This document shows positions 1-10,334 of a stretch of 32,000 nt of DNA, piece after piece. How positions within the stretch are numbered: position 1 is the stretch's first letter; every line of letters begins with the position of its first letter. A model generated the notes under the pieces. It saw nothing but the letters and a program-made list of their open reading frames with translations, ran no database searches and was not told where the DNA came from. Source of the DNA: Candidatus Electrothrix yaqonensis (GTDB lineage: Bacteria > Desulfobacterota > Desulfobulbia > Desulfobulbales > Desulfobulbaceae); assembly GCA_047651235.1 (NCBI GenBank), contig CP178758.1, forward strand, positions 1,320,001 to 1,352,000, read 5' to 3'. The position numbers and the translations under genes were made by a program.

Positions 1-276
1 TTCTCCTTGCTTATCCAGTTCTCCTTCAATCACCAAAGCCGGATATTTATTGGGCACAACCCGCAGTTTCCAGCCGGATGAATTCGGCGGTCTGTGCGGG
101 TCACGACCGTACACCAGCACCTCACCAGGAGTCGTCTTTTCATTTTCCGGACAGAGAGGACAGAAGCCGCCTATGACCACAGGCTGATCAACAGCAAAGT
201 CAGTCGGACGTTTGCTCCGCTCCCTGGCAATAATGATCCAGCGACCGAGAATAGGGTCTTTCCGTAATTCAGGCAT
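1..276 (-). CDS. Galactose-1-phosphate uridylyltransferase-like (GalT/HIT superfamily) protein, N-terminal 92 codons; the gene runs off the left edge
   Basis: Not in the ORF track because it is open at the window edge. Minus-strand ATG at 276-274 gives MPELRKDPILGRWIIIARERSKRPTDF..GGFCPLCPENE..WKLRVVPNKYPAL, which fits the GalT N-terminal pattern (DP-L-x-GRW, CxxC, VxNKYPA). The start abuts the stop of the upstream gene (277-279). Confidence 0.7.
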   Translation of the reverse strand, partial: MPELRKDPILGRWIIIARERSKRPTDFAVDQPVVIGGFCPLCPENEKTTPGEVLVYGRDPHRPPNSSGWKLRVVPNKYPALVIEGELDKQGE

Positions 277-639
277 TTATCTTCCGAAGTTTCTTTCCCG
301 CTGTTCCTGGGCAATTTTGCAGTCAATGCAGAAGCTCGCCACCGGTCGGGCTTCCAGACGCTTAAGAGCAATCGGTTCCTCACATTCAGCACAAGTGCCG
401 TAGGTACCGTTATCAATCCGGGCAATGGCCTGTTCGATTTTATCCAGCAGTTTCCGTTCTCTGCTGCGCAGACGCAGCTCAAATTCCCGGTCCGACTCAA
501 TGGTGGCCCGGTCATTCGGATCCGGAATATTACCGTTATGACTGATCATATCCGTAAGGGTCTGCTCGACATCCGAGATTATTTCTCCCCGCATCCCCTC
601 AAGCTGTTCCCGAAATTTCTGCAGTTGTTCCTTTTTCAT
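277..639 (-). CDS. DksA/TraR-family C4 zinc-finger protein
   Basis: ORF 277..654. C-terminal CAEC-N17-CIDC zinc finger preceded by a coiled-coil-like region (EFELRLRSRERKLLDKIEQA), typical of DksA/TraR. The track start at 654 is TTG. I prefer the ATG at 639, which has GGAG about 9 nt upstream. Confidence 0.85.
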   Translation of the reverse strand: MKKEQLQKFREQLEGMRGEIISDVEQTLTDMISHNGNIPDPNDRATIESDREFELRLRSRERKLLDKIEQAIARIDNGTYGTCAECEEPIALKRLEARPVASFCIDCKIAQEQRERNFGR

Positions 640-654
640 CCTTTGATTCTCCAA

Positions 655-1140
655 TTACCGACCGTGCCGACTGTAATTGCCGCTCCTGCCGCCGCTCTTG
701 CTGATCAGGCGGATGCCGGAAATCTCCATTCCCTTATCCACAGCCTTGCACATATCGTAGATAGTCAAGGCTGCAACAGAAACTGCTGTCAAAGCCTCCA
801 TCTCCACCCCGGTTCGACCGACAATGCCGACAGAGGCTTCAATGCCGACCGTGCTGCTGTGATCATCAAAAGTAAACGCAACATCCGCTTTGGTGATAGC
901 CAGAGGATGACAGAGCGGAATCAGCGCATCAACCTTTTTGGCCGCCATGATTCCGGCAATCCGCGCAACCCCGATGACATCCCCTTTCTTCATGGTTCCG
1001 GCGCGCACCATAGCATACGCCGAGGGCGTCATGGAAATCCGCCCTGCCGCTACAGCGACCCGTTCAGTTGCCTGTTTGGTGCCGACATCCACCATACGGG
1101 CATTACCGGCAGCATCAAAATGGGTCAGTTCCTGTGCCAT
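655..1140 (-). CDS. moaC: Cyclic pyranopterin monophosphate synthase MoaC
   Basis: 161 aa. THFD..G.ARMVDVG.K, IPLCHPL and [23 protein letters not shown] are MoaC hallmarks. Confidence 0.9.
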   Translation of the reverse strand: MAQELTHFDAAGNARMVDVGTKQATERVAVAAGRISMTPSAYAMVRAGTMKKGDVIGVARIAGIMAAKKVDALIPLCHPLAITKADVAFTFDDHSSTVGIEASVGIVGRTGVEMEALTAVSVAALTIYDMCKAVDKGMEISGIRLISKSGGRSGNYSRHGR

Positions 1141-1187
1141 GATAAAATCATTCTATCGCAAATCAATACATCTGAACAGCCGGAAAA

Positions 1188-2321
1188 TTACACAACCTTA
1201 TCCTTTTCCCGGTTTTTAAAATGGCCGTGAAACATTCTGGAGAAAAATCCCTCCTCCTCAGCTGCACATTGCGCATCAAATTCCCGCAGCAGCTCTTTCT
1301 GCTTTTTACTCAGACCGGTCGGAGTCCGGACCTGCACCTCCACAATCATATCTCCCGGACGCCCGCCACGCAGCCCGATCACCCCCTCACCCGGCAGGGT
1401 AAGCCGTTCACCGGACTGGGTTCCGGCTTTGATCTTCAGTTCGGCCGAACCATTGATTGTCGGTACATCCACTTCGCAGCCCAGAGCTGCTTTGACCATG
1501 GAAATAGGATAGCGCAGATAAATTGTCCGACCATCCCGGATGAAATACTCGTGCTCCTGCACATGAATAATCACATACAGGTCACCAGCGCGACCGCCGC
1601 GACGACCGCCCTCCCCTTCCCCGGTCAGACGCATTCTGGAACCGGTATCAACCCCTGCGGGAATTTTGAGGACCACCTTTTTCTTTTTGTTGACCAGCCC
1701 TTCACCGTTACAGTCGGTACACGGTTCAGAGACAATCTGGCCGGAGCCATGACACTGAGGACAGGTGGAGCTGACCTGAAAAAATCCCTGGGAGCGGATC
1801 ACCTGGCCCCGGCCCTGACAGGTGGGGCAGGTCTGCGGCGCATAACCGGGACGCGCTCCTGATCCCTCACAGGTCCAGCAGGTCTCAGGTTTGGTGATTT
1901 CAACTTCCTTTTCTATGCCGTGCACAGCATCCATAAAGGAGAGCTCCAGGTCATACCGCAAGTCATTCCCCTGGACCGGTCCATTCGGGTCCCGCCGGGA
2001 ACGGCCGCCGAAACCGAACATACCGCCCAGATCACCGAACAGATCATTCAAATGGGAAAAGATATCACTGGCATTGCCCGGACCGGAATAACCTGTGTTT
2101 TTCAGACCGTCGTGGCCATAGGTGTCGTAAACCTGCCGTTTCTGCGAATCACTGAGTACCTCGTATGCCTCAGCAGCCTCCTTGAAACGGGCTTCCGCCT
2201 CTTTATCATCCGGATTACGGTCCGGATGATATTTCATGGCCAGCTTCCGGTACGATTTTTTTATCGTATCTCCGTCAGCTTCTCTTGCTACATGCAGGAT
2301 TTCATAATAACATCTACTCAT
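1188..2321 (-). CDS. dnaJ: Molecular chaperone DnaJ (type I Hsp40)
   Basis: 377 aa. J-domain with HPD ([10 protein letters not shown]), a G/F-rich linker, and four CxxCxGxG repeats ([32 protein letters not shown]). No dnaK or grpE lies next to it. Confidence 0.92.
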   Translation of the reverse strand: MSRCYYEILHVAREADGDTIKKSYRKLAMKYHPDRNPDDKEAEARFKEAAEAYEVLSDSQKRQVYDTYGHDGLKNTGYSGPGNASDIFSHLNDLFGDLGGMFGFGGRSRRDPNGPVQGNDLRYDLELSFMDAVHGIEKEVEITKPETCWTCEGSGARPGYAPQTCPTCQGRGQVIRSQGFFQVSSTCPQCHGSGQIVSEPCTDCNGEGLVNKKKKVVLKIPAGVDTGSRMRLTGEGEGGRRGGRAGDLYVIIHVQEHEYFIRDGRTIYLRYPISMVKAALGCEVDVPTINGSAELKIKAGTQSGERLTLPGEGVIGLRGGRPGDMIVEVQVRTPTGLSKKQKELLREFDAQCAAEEEGFFSRMFHGHFKNREKDKVV

Positions 2322-2342
2322 ACTCTTATCCCGGCCTTAACC

Positions 2343-2624
2343 TTAACTAACCTGTTCGGCTGCATTCTCTTCCTCTGCATCTGCTGCCCGTTCAGCCGCT
2401 TCACGGGCCCGACGCTCAGCAGGCAGACTTTTGATGTTGTCAAAGGTCACATGTCCCTGCGCGATTTCACGCAGAGTCATGACAATTTCCTTGTTCTTTC
2501 CCTCTGCAAGAAACGGTTCACCTTTCCGGTGCTGCCGGATTCGTTCCACGGCAAGGTGAACCAAGGCAAACCGGTTATCATCACCGACCTGCGCAAGACA
2601 GTCTTCCACTGTAATACGAGCCAT
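2343..2624 (-). CDS. rpoZ: DNA-directed RNA polymerase subunit omega
   Basis: 93 aa. [25 protein letters not shown] is the conserved RpoZ N-terminus, followed by an acidic tail. Confidence 0.85.
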   Translation of the reverse strand: MARITVEDCLAQVGDDNRFALVHLAVERIRQHRKGEPFLAEGKNKEIVMTLREIAQGHVTFDNIKSLPAERRAREAAERAADAEEENAAEQVS

Positions 2625-2833
2625 ACTCCTTTCTCCTGAACAAAAAGAACCTGGCCGGTTCGCACCGCCAAGTACAGTTTCCTAAAAAATATAATCAGTA
2701 AGCGAACAGGTGCAAGTGTACGTGCAAAAAAAATCCCCTTCTGAGGCAGGAGGAGAAAAAGGCACGGTCAATCTGCCCGTAATATTATAATAATATAAAC
2801 AATGTACGCAGCAGCACTCAGTTATTTACTCTG

Positions 2834-4240
<1,407 letters not shown>

Positions 4241-4304
4241 CTATAGCCGAGAGAAGAAAAAAAGTCAAACAGGCGATTACCCGGAAGGGAAGAAACGGAC
4301 GGGA

Positions 4305-4332
4305 AGCGGGGGAAAAATCATTCTCCCCCGCT
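4305..4332 (-). terminator. GC-rich hairpin about 30 nt downstream of the cytochrome-fusion gene (terminator-like, weak U-tract)
   Basis: AGCGGGGGA (4305-4313) pairs with TCCCCCGCT (4324-4332), giving a 9-bp stem and 10-nt loop. On the minus strand it is followed by TTCCCGTCCGTTTCTT rather than a clean T-run. Confidence 0.4.
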
Positions 4333-4362
4333 GCAGGGCTGGAACGCACAGCAACGGCTATG

Positions 4363-5652
4363 TTATTTTTTTAGCAGATATTCGGCAATAGCCTCAAGTT
4401 CCTGCTCGGTTCCGCTGAACGGCGGCATGGCCATATTGGCAGGTGCAGGAGGCTGAAGGATAAAATCCATAAGGTTGTTCTTATCGTTAAGTTCCGGTCG
4501 TGACAGAGTGCTCAGATCAGGCCCGATAGACCCGCCCTGCCCTTTAAAACTGTGGCAGGACATGCATTGCTGATCTATAAAGACCTGTTCTCCGGTGAGC
4601 GGGGCATCGGAAACTGCTGTAACCTTTTTGGCAGCATCCATTTCCTTTGCGGTAAGCTGCTGATTCATATACATGGTACCCCAGACCAGATAGGGTTTCC
4701 GTGCCCGTTCACGGGTAAAGGCTCCCATAAAAAAGGCAACAAACATGCATACTGAAGCCATTGCCAGAAACTTACGCCCTTTCTCATGTTTGAGAACCCA
4801 GTAAAGAATAGCGCCGATCATAGCAAGTACGGCCAAGGTGATCATGGCGATCAGGAAGGGCCGGGCCATACCGTCTGCAGTCCAGAGCTGACTCCAAGGG
4901 CTCGGAGTATCCAGTTTTTCAGTGGCGGATTTCACCTTGAACAGAAAGCTGAGCCCGGAAAGGGGCTGCAGAAAAAGAAAAGAACCGCCGATTACTGCTG
5001 CAAAGCGGTTCATCTTGTTGTAATACATCTGATCTTCTTTGGCCCGGTTGGATTTCCAGTAGGTCCAGAGGAAGACTATCAGAGAGGCGTTGATGAGGCA
5101 GGGAAGCAGAATATGGAGGGTGGATTCAACCAGAATAGGTGTGAAGAATGCATCCCAGCGGGTTTGTGTTTCCAGCCATTTATCCGGCACCAGCATGAAC
5201 GCCCAAATGCCGTTAATCAGGAAACCGGCGGCCAGAGCAAAAAAGGAGGAGCACAGTCCGTAAAAAATATGCAGTCCCCTAGAAGCGGAATCCCACGTGT
5301 TATGATAGATTACCGACGCGATCATCAGAAACAAAAAAACAGCTCCTTCTGCTAAAAAAGGCCAGAACTGCACGGAATAAAGGAATGCGCCGAACTGACT
5401 CCACAGACCTATAGTCAGGACAACAATAGCAACACCCAGCACGCCGTTGATTTTCATCATGTCGGAGAGAAAGCCGGACAGAGTCCGGGCCAGGCGGAGA
5501 AAATCATTATCCTTCTTTCTGCTCCCCCAGCACTCCGCCATGACGGAAAGGATAGTTCCCCCCACAGCAAAAAAGGCAAAAAACACATGGATCAGGATGA
5601 CCACTGCCATAATAATACTGTTTCCGAGCACAGGAAATTGAACACCGTCCAC
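4363..5652 (-). CDS. Cytochrome bd subunit-I-like (CydA-like) polytopic membrane protein fused to a C-terminal mono-haem class-I cytochrome c
   Basis: 429 aa. GTG start at 5652 with AGGAGGG (5664-5658) 5 nt upstream. The N-terminus (LIHVFFAFFAVGGTILSVMAECWG) resembles the CydA helix-1 His region, and there are about 8 hydrophobic helices. The C-terminal ~90 aa carry CMSCH (CxxCH) and a distal MAMPPF Met-ligand motif. No cydB-like gene is adjacent. Confidence 0.75.
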   Translation of the reverse strand: MDGVQFPVLGNSIIMAVVILIHVFFAFFAVGGTILSVMAECWGSRKKDNDFLRLARTLSGFLSDMMKINGVLGVAIVVLTIGLWSQFGAFLYSVQFWPFLAEGAVFLFLMIASVIYHNTWDSASRGLHIFYGLCSSFFALAAGFLINGIWAFMLVPDKWLETQTRWDAFFTPILVESTLHILLPCLINASLIVFLWTYWKSNRAKEDQMYYNKMNRFAAVIGGSFLFLQPLSGLSFLFKVKSATEKLDTPSPWSQLWTADGMARPFLIAMITLAVLAMIGAILYWVLKHEKGRKFLAMASVCMFVAFFMGAFTRERARKPYLVWGTMYMNQQLTAKEMDAAKKVTAVSDAPLTGEQVFIDQQCMSCHSFKGQGGSIGPDLSTLSRPELNDKNNLMDFILQPPAPANMAMPPFSGTEQELEAIAEYLLKK

Positions 5653-6071
5653 TTTATCCCTCCTTTTCCTTTTCTAAGACCCTGAAGCCCTTATTCTTTC
5701 ATTTTACTTCGTTGCTTACATGCACATCAATACACAGCAGATGCCCGCAGAACAACAGCATCTTGTTCAGATACCGGCCTGTGAAAACTACACAAAACGG
5801 CTTCGTTTATTTCTCAGTGTACACGGTGGGAAAAAAATACTCAAGGAACTGCACAAAAATATCCTCAAAATACTGCTTCCTTCTCAGGAAAGAAAAGATA
5901 ACCTGCTAACTCGACAGATAATACTTGAAAAATAATGAATCAGGTATGTTGACGCAGGTTATTCCGGAACGCCTCTCCGGGATGGGCGGAAAAGCCGAGC
6001 GGTATATTCCGGGTTGACCCTGAGGTGACTGAGAATACGGGAAAAGGTTAACAGATCCTTAAGATCTCCGG

Positions 6072-7490
6072 TTAAAATTTGGGGACCGGTATCCCGTATT
6101 CACGCAGGGTGCTTTCAAGGGTCGGCTTGACCAGGCGTATTCGATCATTACTCAGCAGGTAGGAAAAGAGATATCCCAGTCCGAGAAAAAATATCCCGAT
6201 GAGAAAGCAATAGATGACAGCCCTATCCGGGTAATGATCTTTAAGTCGTCCCACATAAAGGGGACCGGCTATTCCCGCTGCAGCCCAAGCTGTCAGGATT
6301 GCACCATAGAGGGCGGACATCCTCCTGGAACCGAACACATCCAGAATAAAGGAAGGAATGGCAGCAAAACCACCTCCGAAACAGAGCAGGATGTAACACA
6401 CCAATCCTGAGAATATCCATGGATTCCGCTCTGTCATCAAAACACCGAAAACGACCATCTGGCTTGCGAGAATAATCCGAAAGACACGGACCCGACCGAT
6501 ACGATCCGATAGCAGTCCCCAAAACAAACGACCAACTCCATTACAGAGAGAACTGACCGCAATCAATGTAGCACCGAATTCGGCAAGCCGCTTAGGCTCA
6601 AGGTCGGGCTCCGCAGCACCCCAGACCTCCTGTAACAGGGGAGACTGAAAGCTGATGATCGAAATCCCTGCTGCGATATTACAAAAAAAGACGATCCACA
6701 TCATGATAAATTGAGAGGACCTGAGACAAGGGACGAGGGAACTGTCTTCATTTGGATCGACTCTGTCTTCTTCTTTTCCTACATTGCTTTTTTCAGCGGA
6801 CACTGCCTGAGCTGCCTGCTGAACTGCCGGTGGATCGCTCAGGAGCAGGCTTGCTGGGATTATGACCATTGCAAAGATAATACCGAGCCATACAAAAACA
6901 TTGGCCAAATCACCATCCAGTTGGACAAGCAGGAAAGGAGCAAGTCCCTTGCTCATTATGAACGCACCCATGCCGAATCCCATGACAACAATTCCGGTCA
7001 TTAATCCTTTCTTATCCGGGAACCACTTGGCGACCGTGGCGACAGGGGTAACATACCCCAAGCCGATGCCGGCACCTCCGATCACGCCGTACCCTATATA
7101 AAATAGGCATATTGAGTCTATAGAGAGGGCAAAGCCTGCTATGAAGTAACCGCTGACAAACATTGTGCTGCCGATGAGTGCCAGTTTTCGGGGCCCCGCC
7201 TTAGGCAGTACTGAACCGGCCCATGCCGCTGAAACACCGAGTGAAAAAATTGTCAGGCTGAATGCCCATGCCGATTCAGTAAAGGTCCACCCTAATTCAG
7301 CGATCAGCAAAGACTGAAAATAGCTCCACGCATATACCGTACCGAGACATACCTGAATGGTCGTGCAGGCTAGGGCCACAAGAGCGCGTGGCGTCTGTTT
7401 TTCAATACATTTCATAAGTTGCTGTAGCTCCATGCTGACTTGCAGAAAACAACGGATACTATCCTGTTGAGACATCATGCCCGGACTCAT
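6072..7490 (-). CDS. MFS transporter, oxalate/formate antiporter (OFA)-like
   Basis: 472-aa ORF. LGTVYAWSYFQ in TM1 and a 12-TM-like hydrophobicity pattern with a long central loop. The start is uncertain: candidate ATGs lie at 7490, 7478/7475, 7433 and 7415. The longest choice overlaps the upstream gene by 32 nt. Confidence 0.8.
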   Translation of the reverse strand: MSPGMMSQQDSIRCFLQVSMELQQLMKCIEKQTPRALVALACTTIQVCLGTVYAWSYFQSLLIAELGWTFTESAWAFSLTIFSLGVSAAWAGSVLPKAGPRKLALIGSTMFVSGYFIAGFALSIDSICLFYIGYGVIGGAGIGLGYVTPVATVAKWFPDKKGLMTGIVVMGFGMGAFIMSKGLAPFLLVQLDGDLANVFVWLGIIFAMVIIPASLLLSDPPAVQQAAQAVSAEKSNVGKEEDRVDPNEDSSLVPCLRSSQFIMMWIVFFCNIAAGISIISFQSPLLQEVWGAAEPDLEPKRLAEFGATLIAVSSLCNGVGRLFWGLLSDRIGRVRVFRIILASQMVVFGVLMTERNPWIFSGLVCYILLCFGGGFAAIPSFILDVFGSRRMSALYGAILTAWAAAGIAGPLYVGRLKDHYPDRAVIYCFLIGIFFLGLGYLFSYLLSNDRIRLVKPTLESTLREYGIPVPKF

Positions 7491-8229
7491 TCAGCTGAAC
7501 AGCCACCGCTTTCTCTATATCCGCCATTCTTGAAAAATAGCGAAAAAGTCTGGCTAACTGCCCCGCTTCATCATCTCTTTCCAGGAGCTTTTTTGCGTTC
7601 ATACTGGAATCAGGATCATCTTTAGCCAGGTGAACAGCGTAGGCGAGGAGTTCAGCTAACGGTTTGGCGGCAAAGTTGATAAACCAGACAGTGGCAACAA
7701 TGCCGATCACAAAAATGATCGAGATAAGATACACCTGTTGCCCAATGGCCGCTTTTATCTTTAAAGAAATAAGACCTTTGTCCATACCGACACGAACTGT
7801 GCCGCCCGCTCCGGCAAGAATATCACTCCCTACTTCGACATAATCCCCCATTCCGGGCAACGAACGATGAATTGTTCCGGTATCGGAAGGTGTTCCGTTT
7901 TTTATCTCTTCGGGGATTCCGGGGACAAAGGTATGAGCAAGGAACTCACCTGATTCATTCCTGACATAGATATACTCTATCCCTTGAATTTCAGTAAACT
8001 GATCAATGAGAGACTGCAGGGTTGACAGATCCCGATTCAGCATGATATCCATGCTGGAATTCGCTATTGTTTTGGAAATGTTGCGACAATTGTTTTCGTA
8101 TTCCTCTGAAAGATGTTTGTCGACAGTGTAAACACAGAGGAGAGAAGTGGAGAGTCCGATAAATCCAAAGAGAACGAATATTCCGAAACGGGTTTTTTGA
8201 AACAGCTTATGGATTTTCATATAGCTCAT
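7459..8229 (-). CDS. Membrane sensor-like protein: TM, periplasmic PDC/Cache-like domain, TM and HAMP, with no output domain
   Basis: 256 aa. N-terminal TM (FGIFVLFGFIGLSTSLLCVY). The ~130-aa extracytoplasmic region carries GIEYIYVRNESGEFLAHT. A second TM (VYLISIIFVIGIVATVWFI) is followed by a HAMP-like segment (AKPLAELL...RDDEAGQLARLFRYFSRM). The protein ends about 20 aa later, with no HisKA/HATPase, MCP or GGDEF domain. Confidence 0.6.
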   Translation of the reverse strand: MSYMKIHKLFQKTRFGIFVLFGFIGLSTSLLCVYTVDKHLSEEYENNCRNISKTIANSSMDIMLNRDLSTLQSLIDQFTEIQGIEYIYVRNESGEFLAHTFVPGIPEEIKNGTPSDTGTIHRSLPGMGDYVEVGSDILAGAGGTVRVGMDKGLISLKIKAAIGQQVYLISIIFVIGIVATVWFINFAAKPLAELLAYAVHLAKDDPDSSMNAKKLLERDDEAGQLARLFRYFSRMADIEKAVAVQLNESGHDVSTG

Positions 8230-9519
8230 TTACTCCCCCAGAAAGGTGGACCAATCATCCAACAGGACAAAACGGCCCTTTTTTACTATGGTGTAGTAGA
8301 TTCGATTCAGCCCTTGCCTGCGATCGGGGCCGAAAGTGACCTTTTCATTAATGCCTAAGTCATAATTCCGTATACTAAGAACGGCATCCGCCACCCCGGT
8401 CTGTTCTGAAGCGTCACTCAGACGATGCAGGATCTCTACCATGAGTTTGGCATCAAGAAATCCTTCCAGGCTGACAAAGCTGTATTGAAAAGGGGTGTAC
8501 GGCTCCTGAATCAATGCTGCGGGAACTTGAGGATTGTACAGATCGATATACTCACGGTAGGTCTTGACAGCAGGAATCAAGGTGTCCTCATAACTCGGCA
8601 CAACCTGAGAATTCACGAGCCATCGTGTATACTTATTATCTTCTTCAGGTCTGCCCTCAGTGAGGAGGAGATTCAGGAGGTTTTCGCTTCCCACAAAGGA
8701 AAGATTTGCAAGAGGAACCTTAAGTCCCAAGTCAATCGCATCCCGCACAAAAGCCGCGCAGGCAGCATAAGCACCAATGCAGATAATGGCGTCCGGCTTT
8801 GAGGCCTTGAGGATTTCCACCTGCCTGCGCATATTGCTGGTAAACTTTGCGCCTCGATGATACGTAGCTTCCTCGACGATTTTTAAATTATGCTTGGCCA
8901 AGGCCCGACGTACTCCGCTCCAGCCGCTCCGGCCGTATGCATCTGCCTGATAGAAAACGGCAATGCGTCTTTTTCCATTGTTGACAAGATGATCAACAAG
9001 CCCTTCCGTTTCCTGACGGTAAGAAGCACGCAGGTTAAAGGCGAACTCTCCATATGGGGGCTGCCGCTGCGGTTGCGCCCCGGTAAAGGGAAAGAAGAGG
9101 TAACTGTTTGTTTCGTGGTGTTTCTTCAGGAGCGGAAGAACACGGGTAACGGTTGGGGTCCCCACATATCCGAATAACAGGGAGACATGATCCTCCAGCA
9201 TTAACTTTATCGTGTTCTTCACCGCAGGATCGGGCTGATAGCCATCATCATAAACCTTCAGACGAATCTTACGATTATTTATACCGCCTTTTCGGTTAAT
9301 ATGCTCAAAATAGGCCGCTGCTCCCCGATACAGTTCAATTCCAAGACCACGGGAAGGGCCGGAGAAAGCGGCTGACATGCCTAAGACAATCTCCGATTGA
9401 GAGCTCCCCTCTTCGTGATCGGATCCTGTTGAGCTTGAACCGGCTGCGCCAACGAACACAAATATCAACGATAAGGCGAAAGATAAGGCAATAATATCAA
9501 AAAATCGAACAGATCTCAT
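8230..9519 (-). CDS. Periplasmic substrate-binding protein, type-I PBP (LivK/Peripla_BP_6-like)
   Basis: 429 aa. Signal-peptide-like N-terminus, then IVLGMSAAFSGPSRGLG..Y.GA..YF..IN..GGINNRKIRL..YDDGYQP, typical of branched-chain-amino-acid-type binding proteins. Its stop (8230-8232) abuts the ATG of the next gene (8229). Confidence 0.8.
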   Translation of the reverse strand: MRSVRFFDIIALSFALSLIFVFVGAAGSSSTGSDHEEGSSQSEIVLGMSAAFSGPSRGLGIELYRGAAAYFEHINRKGGINNRKIRLKVYDDGYQPDPAVKNTIKLMLEDHVSLLFGYVGTPTVTRVLPLLKKHHETNSYLFFPFTGAQPQRQPPYGEFAFNLRASYRQETEGLVDHLVNNGKRRIAVFYQADAYGRSGWSGVRRALAKHNLKIVEEATYHRGAKFTSNMRRQVEILKASKPDAIICIGAYAACAAFVRDAIDLGLKVPLANLSFVGSENLLNLLLTEGRPEEDNKYTRWLVNSQVVPSYEDTLIPAVKTYREYIDLYNPQVPAALIQEPYTPFQYSFVSLEGFLDAKLMVEILHRLSDASEQTGVADAVLSIRNYDLGINEKVTFGPDRRQGLNRIYYTIVKKGRFVLLDDWSTFLGE

Positions 9520-9545
9520 TCGGCTTAAAATACATCCCCCCTAAA

Positions 9546-9575
9546 GTAAATATGATAGTTGTAAATATGATAGTT
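9546..9575. repeat. Perfect tandem direct repeat, 15 bp x 2 (GTAAATATGATAGTT)
   Basis: Read directly: 9546-9560 equals 9561-9575. It lies in the 58-bp gap just upstream of the binding-protein gene (start 9519, minus strand). Confidence 0.9.
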
Positions 9576-9577
9576 GG

Positions 9578-10006
9578 TCAGGAAACTTGTACAAACAATA
9601 AACATGCATAAAATACAGAGGTCTCCGAGTCCGGGTACCTGCTCTGATCAGGAACGGCACGCAGGTTAAACTCGGCGGGTCGTTCATTCTGCAGACTTAA
9701 CATCAAAAGGGAAATTTCGAGAATTTTCGCTGGAATGATGAAGAGAGAAGAGACATCGTCGAGATCATTCTGATCGGCAGGATTTTCCGGGGTGCATTGG
9801 ACATTTCGGAGAAGACAAACTTTTTCGCCCGCCGGAAGAAGATGAACTGCTTCCCTGATCAGATCAGTCCTGACGTTATTTGAAGAGTTTGTAAAAAAAA
9901 CTGAAACCAGCAGAACGACAAGCAGATGGGAGAGGATAGGAGAAATACGCTTGTCAGTACGATTGGAGACTGTACCTTGGCAGAATACATTTTCCGAGGA
10001 CTTCAC
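9578..10006 (-). CDS. Hypothetical signal-anchored protein
   Basis: ORF 9578..10030 (TTG start in the track). A GTG at 10006 has GGGAG 6 nt upstream. One hydrophobic segment (ILSHLLVVLLVSVFF). I recognise no family motif, so coding status is uncertain. Confidence 0.3.
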   Translation of the reverse strand: MKSSENVFCQGTVSNRTDKRISPILSHLLVVLLVSVFFTNSSNNVRTDLIREAVHLLPAGEKVCLLRNVQCTPENPADQNDLDDVSSLFIIPAKILEISLLMLSLQNERPAEFNLRAVPDQSRYPDSETSVFYACLLFVQVS

Positions 10007-10334
10007 AACACACTCCCTAGTTAGAAGCAAAAGCAGGTAACCCGGCCATCTCCTCTCTGGAGACCCGTGGTTTTCCGAGACCGCCTCACGACGGTTGTGG
10101 CTTTATCAACTTTCCGGTTCCGACCAGAAAGTGAGGTGTGTACTCTTATTGAAGAGTACCTTGTAATCTTGTATATCGTTAGTTCAAATGTTTGTCAAGT
10201 GTTTTTTTATATGATGAATTCAGGGCCTGCGTGGAAACCTGCTGGGGCACGGTCGCCGCCCGCAACCGGAAGCAAGGCGGGTTTGCGGTGAGAATTGTTC
10301 TGGGGTTCTGACGTTCCGGTTTAGAGGGACCACC

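Noticed and set aside
171-515. A 114-aa minus-strand ORF and the 63-aa plus-strand ORF 212..403
   Set aside because: They are alternative frames of the galT-like and dksA-like genes. The dksA-like and galT-like frames carry the motifs.
538-2639. Plus-strand ORFs 538..1230, 1221..1862 and 1920..2639 (213-239 aa)
   Set aside because: They are all antisense to moaC, dnaJ and rpoZ, which have unambiguous signatures. Their translations are His/Arg/Pro-rich noise.
9546-9575. A possible CRISPR array (also considered at 27963-28002 and for the 107-bp repeats)
   Set aside because: The tandem repeats have only two abutting units with no spacers. The 107-bp copies are too long, are kilobases apart and one is inverted. 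No cas genes are present in the window.
10030-10160. A riboswitch-like leader: a CTCTGGAGA string, a CCTCAC..GTGAGG helix, and a perfect GTACTCTT-ATTG-AAGAGTAC hairpin at 10140-10159
   Set aside because: I cannot match it to any riboswitch consensus I know (glycine, cobalamin, SAM, c-di-GMP). It lacks a downstream gene in the right orientation. It would need a covariance-model scan.
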